From the NCBI RefSeq assembly GCF_009914755.1, contig NC_060929.1: DNA of 64,000 nt; one strand, written 5' to 3'. Shown here in pieces: positions 30,184-42,164 of the stretch. The notes below the pieces were generated by a model. The model was not told where the DNA came from. It did not search any database and saw only the letters and a program-made list of their open reading frames with translations. Position 1 is the first letter of the stretch. Each line of letters begins with the position of its first letter. The position numbers and the translations under genes are program-made. This DNA comes from the human T2T-CHM13v2.0 reference genome, Homo sapiens.

Positions 30184-31342
30184 CATACTCCCCAAGTCCA
30201 AGGCTTAATTAGCTTCTGCTTTCCAAAGCTCTATAAGCACTCTTATGACAATGTGCCCTCCACACAATAAAGCACCGTGACCATCCACAAATAAAGTTTT
30301 ATCTTCAAAATAAGTTAATTGCTAAGATCAAGTCTAAGTACTTTCCCTATCAACCAGAAGTCAGAAGATGTATGAAAAGTGAACTTCAGTATAAATACAG
30401 AATCTTTTTCAATCTAAGTTACTTGAAAGTAGGCTTTTATATAAATTCTACTGCCGTGTAAAGACATATTACAAACTGTTCTTTGGCAAGTCTTATTCCT
30501 TTGAATAAATTAATATTATTAGAGTCATCTAGCATTTTGTCATTATGCCCTTTCTCGTGAAGCTGGTAATACAAATGCAGTCATCTAAATGGCAACACTA
30601 ACTGCAATTACTATGGCTGCTGTTCATCACCATCCATTTTTTATCATTTTCATTAGACCTAGATTTCTTGCTCATTCATTGACTTCACATGCCATGTAGA
30701 TTTGATTTCCTCACTCGAGTTGTCAAGGATGCATTTCCATAGATGACAATATGAGACACAGACTTCCATAGTAGATTTCAGGGGGTAAATTTTAGTGCTG
30801 TGCTACAATTACTGTTCTGTCAGGTTCTGCTAAGACCAATTTAATTTCACTGCATCATGATTTACTAGAAACTGTGGTATAAAATAAGATCTGGCTGAAC
30901 ACCTGGGGTATCTAATCAGGTTGACAATGATGGAGTGAAAGTCAAATTGCCCTTGGTATTAGGGAAGCCTGGACATTTAATTCCTCAAAATGTGTGGTGA
31001 AAATCTTCTCTAGCACCTAATAGTGCCCTTTGTTCTGTGAATAGAATGCTGTTCTGATCTTCCGTGTGGGAGGAGCATGCCTTCCTCCTGAGCAGTGCCA
31101 TATTACCTACTTCATTGTTATGGAGTTCTACACTCCTTACAAATGAGCTAAACTTTTTTCAAAACTTCTATATTTTCATGTATGTTTTCTGCTGCAATTT
31201 TTCTTCAATTGAATAAAAATCTGGAGACATAAGGTATCATAACTCTATACCATCACACTTACAAAAACGCAGGACACTGCCACCACTAGTTACAACACTG
31301 GCAACCCAGTCTCATACATCCGCAACGTGCTCAGATAGATAG

Positions 31343-31736
<394 letters not shown>

Positions 31737-34299
31737 TGAATGGTCCATCATTAAAAGTGAAAAATGTGAATATTCTACTATTAATTTATCCATTTTTTTT
31801 TAATTTTGAAACTAACTGGCTGTGTGCCACAGACCATATTAGACATGATACATATGAAGACTGGATGTGTGATACATATAAAAATAAAATATTTGAACTC
31901 ACAAAAACAGAGTCTAAAAGGGGAAACAGTGTATGCCAACTACAGAGAAAATAATCTACAAGTAAAACCTGTGCTGTTTACTTACTACAGTTAACTGTTT
32001 TATTTTTCTATATTTGGCTGTCATGTTGGTCCTTGGCTCTAACATGATGGGCATCTATGAAGGAAATGGGATAACAGCATCAGAGCTTGGGAAAAAGATA
32101 ATTTATGGTTGAGGATACAAGAAGCCAAATCAAGGGCATAAATTCATAACTGACTTAAAATTTAAAATCTTAAAATTTATAAATTTATAAATCTATTAAA
32201 CATACTCCCAAATTGTAAGAATAATTTTTTATTTACTTCAAAGCATTCTAATTCACAGTCTCTTACAACACTTCCATGGAGATAATCATTTTCAGGTGAG
32301 GAGGGGTGACCACATGTAAGCGAAGCCATGACTTTTAAAAATGTTAGGATTCCATGTTTGAAATTAAAAGGCATGGGTAGAACTTTCTTCCCCTTCGTGA
32401 GCTGCAGGAGGCACATGATGTGGCATTAGCCTCTTCTAATAAGTCACTGACACCACTTTGCTGAACTCAAAAGGCATGAAGAAAAGGTTTCCTTTCTTTG
32501 CTTCTACACACCCCCTGGGAAGCTACCATACTCTCTTCTACATTAGGTCACTTTTTTTTTCTCCACGCTCTTCTAACTTAACAAATGTTTCCTTTGAGTT
32601 CTTACACAAACACATTATAAATGATGACCTCCTGAACGGTGTAATCTGGGAGTGCGGTTGAATGCTCTGTCCATGGTAGAGCCTTGAAGTGGCTTCTGAG
32701 TATGAAAGGATCACGTCCAGGATCCTCATGGATGATTTTAATCTCCACCCCATCTTCAGCAGGACAATGGTAGCCCATCAATGTTTCCCTTTTATTTAAG
32801 AGGTAAAATTCTCCTAGAACATGGGAAAATGACGTTATTTTTACTTGTCATAATGCACAATTATGTATGACAGATCTGCTTTCTGTTTGTTGATAAAATA
32901 CACTTTCCCAGTCTACCAGCTTTTATTGATGTCATCTCTTTACTTCAGCACTTCTGGTTCTCAGTCTGTATATATGATACAAAATAATATATATGATCAC
33001 ATAGATTAAATAATCTCAAATTAAAATCAACTGCAGTGGCTTTCCATGAACTTGGGAACAACGAAGGAGATGGGTAGATTAATACCTGTCCTTAAATCAG
33101 CCAGAAGATGGGTCTTTCCTTCAGGCAGCAGGTATAAAAATGAAGACAGTGCCAAGCATGGGTGATGGTGAATGGATTCCTGAAGCTTCCTGCAACCCAG
33201 GGTACCTCGTGCTTTTTGCTTGGCTGAGGTGGGAGTAGGTTAAGGACCTATGTGACACTGGCAGGAGGCAGGCAGCCCACATGGACCTTCACATGCAGGT
33301 TGCTCCAATGTGCATCAGGACAAATACCCACTCAGAAGACTCTACCCCAGGACTCTGCACAGGAGACAAAAGGGCATTCAGCTGAGCCTCAGAAGATTGG
33401 GGGTCAGCCCTGCCCCTACCCCAGTGAGACCTTCCATTTGGAAAGGCACTTTGACTTCCTGCCTTGGATTCCTCAAGGGTGGGAGGAAAGAACTATAACT
33501 AAATCAGCTCTGAATACCAATCAAGCTTTGTTATTTTTTTTTTTTCACTCAAAATGTTAGGGACAACCACAGATTGTCTTGAGATCCAGCAGACGTCCAA
33601 GCATTTTATGACTTTAAAGGATTAAAGAATGCACACATGTCTAGGAAAAAGCTAAAATGAGATGTTTCCAGTTGTAGCTAGCAATTTCTTGTGATTGAGG
33701 AGCTCTGGATGAGGATAAATGATCATATGTCTGCTAGGAAATACAAATTATAAAGTGTGCTGAGATTTCAGTTTTTCTTCAAAATGTTACAGAAGTCAAG
33801 GCCCATACAGTTCCTTCTTAAAAGAGTCAACAGGGAAGGGTGTACCTGAACATAGCAGAATCTGAGGTGCCAAGCAGTTACTGGAAAAGAGTTGTGAATA
33901 TAATTTTTGGCCATTTTTTTGTTTTTGTTTGGGGTTGTTGTTGTTGTTTTGGAGGAGAAAGTCCTTAGTTTATATATATTCTACCATCTTGAAATCCAAG
34001 AGAAAAATCATGAAGTGACAGAAATCAAAGTATTATCATGTTTACTGTATACTTGGTCTCCTGAAGCATAGAAATGTCTTATATTGATTTTGCTACAGAT
34101 GTCACCCTTTTCTTCTGAATGATGACAAAAATTTTGTAAATTAAAATTTGGAATTAAGTTTTCTTTAAAGATACAAATTACTAAAACTAAAAAAATCCTA
34201 GCATTTACTAATTTTACCAATAGAAGTGCTATTATATTGTATATGTGAGATACAGCAGTATTTTTAATATTCTCCTATGGTTTGATTACTGGCACAGAA

Positions 34300-35030
34300 G
34301 ATTCTAACAAGGCACTTTTGTGTTCAAGGCACAAGGTGATTTAAGGATGCACGCCACCCCTGTGTCTCCTTGGAGGAGTTACAATCTATGAGACAGAATG
34401 CACACACAAATAACTACAAAACAACTCAGTGAGAGATAAACAAAATTAATGGTGCTTCTCCATATAAATGGCTCATTCTTAAACATTAACTTTGTGGATC
34501 CTGTCCACAAATCTGTGGAAGATAAAAGGGTGGATAATACTGTTCCAAATTTACTAATGAATATGTAAGCACAAATCAAACAAGGGCACCATCAGCAAAT
34601 GAGAAGTGCAGATTTTTACTTCTGCCCCATACACCAAGTTATACTCACCATTCATGGGTGAGAATGGTTTTTATACGCCCTATCAAGCTTAGTAATCAGA
34701 AAAGTATTTGATTTTTTATTTAGGAAGAACAGGGGTGAGTTATCTTCATGAAGCTGAGGGTGCTGAGCATTTTAGGCAGAGGAAAGAACATGGGAAAAAG
34801 GATGGACATAATGAAGTGCTAAGGATGCTCGGGTTACTTACAAAAACACACTGTGGCCAGCACCTGAGGCTCCTGCACAGTCACAGAGGAGGGGGCATCG
34901 AAAGACAGGCAGCATGTGCTTGTTTTTCAAGGATTTCAAAATTTGGTCCATGGACATTGGGAATCCCTGGCAATATTAAATCAAGAAAGGGATAGATTAA
35001 ATAGATAATTTGGGAAGAGCAAATTCAAGG
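34300..35030 (-). mobile_element. L2 fragments
   Basis: ggaggagttacaatct, gcattttaggcagaggaaagaacat and cattgggaatccctgg are reverse-strand L2 3'-region motifs. Confidence 0.5.
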
Positions 35031-35104
35031 AGTCTTGCAGATTTACCTTGAAAGAATCCAACTGAGGAAGGCAAGCTAAAGGGAAGTGGGAATTTCTGGG
35101 GGTA

Positions 35105-35635
35105 TGAGGGTAAGAAACCCAGTTGAGATTATTTAAGCATAAAAGAGAGTTTAGCATTTCGTAAAACTGAAAAGTTGAGATGTGCTGACTTCGAGACCAG
35201 GCACTAAAGCTACATCATCAGAGATCTGTCCCTCCTCCTTCACCTTTTGGTTCTGCTTTTTGTGTGGGCTTCTTTCTCATGCTTTTTCCACATGAGAGGC
35301 AAGAAGGTACTGCAAATTCCCAGTTTGTACAGCCTAGCATGCCAAAGAGATACACTCTCTCCCACAGTATCAGTTTCTCTCTCTGAGAAAGAACTTGGAT
35401 TGGTTTCTTTCAATGTCTCCTGCCCAGAAATCACTAATTCCTAAGGGAGAATGGTAATCAGATTAATCAATGTGAGTCTCACGCTTACCCCTTTGGCAGG
35501 GATATATAGAAATAACACAGCAGCCCCAAATACTAAGGGTTTAAATCAGCACAATTGTGTTTACTGCTCATTCTGCTTCTATTCAGGATCAGCGTGGGTT
35601 CTGCACTGTTTCTTCTTCATTCCTAGACCCAGGCA
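35105..35635 (-). mobile_element. Old MaLR LTR fragments (MLT1K-like 35105-35500; MLT1I-like 35505-35635)
   Basis: agaaacccagttgagattatttaagc...aactgaaaag and ccccaaatactaagggttta...agacccaggc. Confidence 0.5.
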
Positions 35636-35835
35636 TGTTAAGAACAATAAGTAATCAACAAAAATGACGTTAAACTCATTGGTTCAGTCAATAACATCTA
35701 TAACCTCAATTTAACAGCTAAAGGTATGCTAACTCCTGAACACTAATGGCTTTAAAGCTTGCCAACAATCCATGTAGGAGAGAGTGGGTTAACAAGAGTC
35801 TACCTTCTTTGTTTAAGCAAATAAGAAACTCAGAT

Positions 35836-35857
35836 ACACACACACACACACACACAC
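35836..35857. repeat. (CA)~11 microsatellite
   Basis: Direct observation. Confidence 0.9.
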
Positions 35858-36497
35858 GAGATACTGCATGGTAGCCTCTTTCTTTGACAATTGAAAGTTT
35901 ATCAGATTCTTTTGAAGACCCTCTCCTCTTGGTGTCATTCCAAAAAACCTTGAAACAATAGGAAAACTCGGAGGGCTCCTTGTTCCCCACAGTCTGACAG
36001 GCCTTTTGAAGTGCTGCCTGGGAATTTCTCAACAATGATGTCAGATCTGACTTCTTTCATTGAGGTTGCATTGCTAAATTTATTTTGTTACTCTATGGTT
36101 TGTTTTTAAAAAGTCCTTTCTATAAAGGAGTTTGAGCTTTTTAGGGGGAGTGCACGATTTAGTAAATATGCTCATCATTAATCTTCCTATCTTTTTACCG
36201 GGTTTCTTCACATTCATTTTTTATTGATTTAACCGCACAAAGGCTTGTCTTATTTGCTTCCATTTTATGCCATTTTATGTCTTCCAGAGCATATGGAAGT
36301 GATGGAGGCAGGGGCCAAAGAAGCTTTCAATTAAGACAGTCCCATGGACTGATGTTTGGAGGTCTGCTAGAATGGCAGCCTATTTGTGCTAAGGTGGCAT
36401 GTCAATAATGATTGCTTCTTTTCTGCCCTCCACACCACCAGCTAAATCTATGTGGTGACACTCCTTATTTTATCAAATCATGAAATAAGATCATTTT

Positions 36498-37518
36498 CTT
36501 TTATTAAAGTTAGGGGTTACATGTGCAGAACATGCAGTTTTATTACATAGGTATACGCGTGCCATGTTGGTTTACTGCACACATCAACCCGTCATCTACA
36601 ATAGGTATTTCTCCTAATGCTATCCCTCCCCTATCCCCCCAAACCCCACAGGCCACAGTGTGTGATGTTCCCCTCCCTGTGTCCATGTGTTCTCATTGTT
36701 CAGCTCACACTTATGAGTGAGAACATGTGGTGTTTGGTTTTCTGATCTTGTAATAGTTTGCTGAGAATGATGGTTTCCAGCTTCATCCATGTCCCTGCAA
36801 AGGACATGAACTCATCCTTTTTTTGGCTGCATAGTATTCCATGGTGTATATGTGACACATTTTCTTAATCCAGTCTATCATTGATGGACATTTGGGTTGG
36901 TTCCAAGTCTTTGCTATTGTGAATAGTGCTGCAATAAACATACGTGTGCATGTGTCTTTATCGTAGAATAATTTATACTTCTTTGGGTATATAGCCAGTA
37001 ATGGGATTGCTGGGTCAAATGGTATTTCTAGTTCTAGATCCTTGAGGAATCGCCACACTGTCTTCCACAATGGTTGAACTAATTTACACTCCCACCAACA
37101 GTGTAAAAGCATTCCTATTTTTCCACAACCTCTCTAGCATCTGTTGTTTCCTGACTTTTTAATGATTGCCATTCTAACTGGCGTGAGATGGTATCTCACT
37201 GTGGTTTTGATTTGCATTTCTCTAATGATCAGTGATGATGAGCATATTTTCATATGTCTGTTGGCTGCATAAATGTCTTATTGAGAAATGTTTGTTCATC
37301 TCCTTTGCCCATATCTTGATGGGGTTGTTTTTTCTTGTAAATTTGTTTAAGTTCTTTGTAGATTCTAGATATTAGCCCTTTGTCAGATGGATAGATTGCA
37401 AAATTTTTCTCCCATTATGTAGGTTGTCTGTTCACTCTGATGATAATTTTTTGGAAACGAAAGTCAAAATTGACAAATGGGATCTAATTAAACAAAAGAG
37501 CTTCTGCACAGCAAAAGA
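36498..37518 (-). mobile_element. LINE-1, L1PA7-like, 5'-truncated with a short 5' inversion (37453-37520 plus)
   Basis: L1PA7-type 3'UTR (catcaacccgtcatctaca.taggtatttctcctaatgc). ORF 36783-37112 ([15 protein letters not shown], the ORF2 CCHC region). TSD aagatcatttt (36487-36497) / aatatcatttt (37519-37529). Confidence 0.93.
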
Positions 37519-38610
37519 AATATCATTTTATAATGACATATTCTGGAGTGGGATTGTCAGCTTTCATATCAGATGACTTATTCCTACCCTATACTTTTCC
37601 AACACCAAGACAGCATTCAGTAGCTTAGGATTTTGACCAGGTATAGCCTCATTTGTGTTTGTCATGGAACTGTCCCCATGAAAGGCACAAACCCTTGCAT
37701 TTTACATATCCTCTCAAAGTGGCTCTTATAATTAGCTTGACATTTGACAAGAGTTTATTAAGGAAGACTTAGAACTGCAATAACTGTTATGGAGACATTT
37801 TGATACATCAATAATAGATTGAAAAGAAACTCTAGGAGGAAAATAAAATATCAAACACATGGTAAATTTTCTCTAATTACATGATTAAGCATAAGAAAAT
37901 AAAAACTCCGGGTTAGCCTCCCTCAAACTTTCTATTGAGAATGTTCACTACCTCTCAAGTCTTCTGAAACCCACACTCCTTGCATCTCTCTGTATCTGGC
38001 CTTGTCTTCACCACCCTCTCATACCGCTTCTGTTCCTTCTGTTCTACGTTTCCCTCATGGTTCTGCTTGTGTTTTTACTTTGAACAGGAATAATTCACAT
38101 TGAAATTGAAATCCCTTTTATTTTTCTAGATCTATAGAAGATGAACTTAAACTCTATCTAGAGATAACTTGAGAGCTTTACCCTAAATTTTTAAAGTAGT
38201 TCCTCAGGTTTCACAAAGACAAACAGAAATCAGTGCCAGAATCCAGGATTTTGATAATTATTGTCATGGAAAATCAGCTTCGTACTATCAAGCTCCTTTC
38301 ATTCTTAGGCCCTTATAAGGGGAAAATGGTTAAAGCACCATAATATGAAATGCCAGCAGAAGATTTAAATAATCTAGCTGTGCATAAACCAGAAAATCAC
38401 TTTAAGAGTGCATTTTTAAAAGAAATGTATTATCTAAGGTCCTTAAGTTCAGACTGGGAAAATATACAAATATATAAACAAAATGAAGATGAATCAAAAT
38501 AAAAATTAACATATTTAAAAATAGACTTCAGAAATACTTCAAACAGTGTTCTGGGGTACATCAAGAGCTAAAGTCAAGACAGACTTGTTCCTTTATAAAG
38601 TGGTATAAAA

Positions 38611-39010
38611 CTATTCACAATAGCAAAGACGTGGAATTAACTTAAATGCTCATCAATGACAGATTGGATAAAGAAAATTTGGTACATATACACCACGGAA
38701 TACTATGCAGCCATAAAAAAGGATGAGATCATGTCTTTTGCTGGAACATGGATTGTACTCCAGGCTATTATCCTTAGGAAACTAATGCAAGAACAGAAAA
38801 CCAGATACCACATGTTCTCACTTTCGAGTGGGAGCTAAATGATGAGAACTTATGAACACAAAGAAGAAAACAACAGACACTGAAGTCTACTTGAAAGTGG
38901 AAGGTGGAAGGAGGGTGATGAAATAATCTGTACAACAATGAGATAAGTTTACCTATGTAACAAACCTTCACATGTATCCCCAAACCTAAAAATAAATGTT
39001 GAAAAATAAA
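38611..39010 (+). mobile_element. LINE-1 3' end, L1PA14/L1PA15-like
   Basis: ORF2 C-terminus (WIKKIWYIYTTEYYAAIKK) and 3'UTR gagaacttatgaacacaaagaag...; A-rich tail. Confidence 0.88.
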
Positions 39011-39021
39011 ATGGGCTCAAA

Positions 39022-40004
39022 TACAAAAAAAAAAGAACTTTTGAAACTCAACAACAAAATAACAAACAACCCAATGAAAAAATGAGTAAATGGTTTAATA
39101 TTTCTCCAAAGAATATATACAAAAGGCCAATAAGCACATGAAAAAATGTTCATCATCTTTTCAAATGCAAATCAGAACTACAATTTGATACTACTTCATA
39201 CCTACTAGAATAGCATTATCTCAAAGACAGAAGATAAAGACTTTTGGCCATGATGTGGAGAAATGGGTACATTTCTCCCTGTACATTACATCCCTGTGCG
39301 TTGCTGTTGGGAACGTGAAATGTGCAGCCTTTGTGGAAGACAGTGTGGCAGCTCTTCAAAATGCCAACCATAAAATTACTATATGATTCACCAATTCAAC
39401 TTCTAGTTATATACCCCAAAGAATTGAAAGTAGAAATTTACGTAGATTATTGCACACCAAAGTTGATAACAGCACTTATTTACAATAGTCAATATCCTCT
39501 GACAGGTGAATAAATCAGCAAAATGCAGTGTGTATACGTGTGTGTATGTATACACACACACATATATATATTACATATGTATATGTGTATTATACATTCT
39601 ACATAGATAATAATCAATTGATACAATATATAATGGAATATTAATTATTCTTAAAGAAATGAAATTCTGATACATGCTACAACATGGATGAACCTTACAA
39701 ACACAATGCTATGTGAAATAAATTAACCAGGCATGAAAGTATTAAATTGTACTATTTTGTATACATGAGGTACCTACAACAGGCAAATTCGTTGAGGCTG
39801 AAAGCAGAATAGTGGTTACCAGGACACTGGAAGGAACGGGAGTCATTAATGAGCACAGAGTTTCAATTTGGAATTACGAAAAAATTCTGGAGATAGCTAG
39901 TGGTGATGGTTGCACAACGACGTGAATGTACTTAATAGCATTGAATTTAATATTCTAAAAGGGAAATGTTATGTCATGTATAGTTTAGCACAATTAAAAA
40001 AAAA
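39022..40004 (+). mobile_element. LINE-1 3' part, L1MB-like
   Basis: ORF2 remnant (QPLWKTVWQ); 3'UTR gtggtgatggttgcacaacgacgtgaatgtacttaat; A tail at ~39996-40004. Confidence 0.85.
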
Positions 40005-40135
40005 GGAACAAAAGTCCTTGAAAGTAAGGAAGCAAACAACAAAAAAATGCATTGACATCTAGAGTAAGAAAACGATCTGTATCTCCAAACAACAAGACTA
40101 GCTTATGCTCTGTTCTTTAAGAATTAGCAGCCTAT

Positions 40136-40390
40136 CCTGTAACCCTAGCACTTTGGGAGGCCGAGGTGGGTGGATCACGAGGTCAGGAGATCAAGACCCT
40201 CCTGACTAACATGGTGAAACCCTGTTTCTACTAAAAATACAAAAAATTAGCCGGGCTTAGTGGCACACGCCTGTAGTCCCAGCTGAGGCAGGAGAATTGC
40301 TTGAACCTGGGAGGCAGAGGTTGCGGTGAGCTGAGATGTTGTCACTGCACTCCAACCTGAGTGACAGAGTGAAACTCCATCTCAAAAAAA
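40136..40390 (+). mobile_element. Alu (AluSc/Sc8-like), 5'-truncated, with a ~12-bp internal deletion
   Basis: Perfect 17-bp TSD aagaattagcagcctat (40119-40135 / 40391-40407); cccagctgaggcagg lacks actcgggaggct. Confidence 0.93.
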
Positions 40391-40659
40391 AAGAATTAGC
40401 AGCCTATAGATCAGTGCACTTGTATGTATTGAGAGCCAAGGGCTACTCGAAGGACCAGAGTCCCATATTGTCTAAGAAACAGAGGACAACTTTCCAAAAT
40501 CTTTCTGAAGAAGCCACATCAAAAAAAATCAATGGCCTCAGCTTCCACATTTTCCCCCACCCCAAATCCCATGTTAAAACTGCATGTAAACTAAAGTGTA
40601 AAACCATGTGGCTTTCTTGTTGGTATAGGTACCTCTGAATCTACCATCAGTCTTAATCA

Positions 40660-41194
40660 ATGAGGATTCTGAGTATCAATGATTTGTGCCCAGGTTTTAA
40701 CTCACAAAGGTAACTGAGTAATGACACACAAAGGTCAATACCACTGAAAGAAATATTTAATGCTACTCACAGTTCTCCTGCAAAAGTGAAGCACTGTGTG
40801 CCATGTAGAACCACAAAGGGATGCCGGCGTCAAGAGGGCATTGGCCACAGCCTTTTTTGTTTCCATTTCTGTAGGAAAAGTGAAGGCAAGGCAGAGCAGG
40901 ATTCAGGAACTGGTCAGTTGGAATAATTTGGGCATAGAGACTGTTCTTAGTTGCCTGGTTCCTGACCTTGCATTGATTTCAGGTGGGGGAAAGAGTGGCT
41001 GGGTATGTGAGAGTCAGAGAAAGGTGGTATTGCAGGTACAGCCCTGGATTGGTTGGTTTGTATATGAAATCACTGGTGAGTTGGTTACTGTCTTTAGAAA
41101 CTAGCTCCAGGAATGGAAAGTATCTTCCCGGCCAGGAAGGTCCCCCAAAGATGTCAAAACATCATAAATACAGAAAATATTAAAATATGATTAA
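40660..41194 (-). mobile_element. ERVL LTR, LTR41-like
   Basis: Reverse complement begins ttaatcatattttaatattttctgtatttatgatgttttgacatc and contains catatacaaaccaaccaatccagggc. Confidence 0.7.
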
Positions 41195-42164
41195 GGTAAT
41201 CATATCCCTTTGAGTTCTAAAATCACTCAAGTGGTGGAAATTTCTAACAATCTTTTCTTCATGGCAGAAATTGTAATGTTATTTTGGGACCATTGCGAGA
41301 AGAACACAGAATTCTCTGAAGCACAACTTTTATAACATTTAATGAGTAGATATCTATTCTGCCAAGAGAACAATCAATAAAATGTACTGCATAGGAGCTA
41401 ATTTTAGAAGTACCTGAAAATTATTCTATATCTGGTCAAATTATAACTAATCCATACATTAATAAAGCCATATTCTTTAGAATTCAAAACATAATCAAAT
41501 AAGTTGTAATGTTCTGAGAAACCCTATAAGTATAGACTTCTTAGACATAGGCAGATGATTGGAGAAGAGTCCTTTGAACACTAGACTGATTTTTCCTAGG
41601 TTATTATAACTGTTCTTCTTGTATATCACATGAAAGGCTCTAGTTACCCAACTCAAATACAAGGAAAACTCTTGATAATGATTATGTTTCTGAAAAGTGA
41701 GATGTGTCTACTCCCATAACAGATGAGTTGAACATTTCAAGACAAAATTCTAACAGCATTGTTTGTTGACGGGTTTATCATAAAAATGAAAATGAGAACA
41801 AATGTAAAAGACAATATCAGACTTTGCTTGAAATACTCCAGATCCCCTTGTAGAATCACTTCTTTACCAGATGGCAACTAGTCTCAAATGGCTGAATTTA
41901 AGGCATTCTCTGGGGCATGTTAAATTGTTAAAATTTACAATAGAAATATAGGTGGTAAAAATATCCACCTATATTTGATACACTTCTGATAGAGTTTAAG
42001 ACTTTAGAATGCCAGGAAACAAAGAGTGCTCTCAGATTCCTGAGATACCCCAATGAAAGCTGCCAAAAATTGAACAAGATTTTCTTATATCCCTGGAACA
42101 CTCTCCTTTGCATACTCTTTTAGTCCTATTTTGGATGGGTCATATATCCTTTATTCATCATTTT

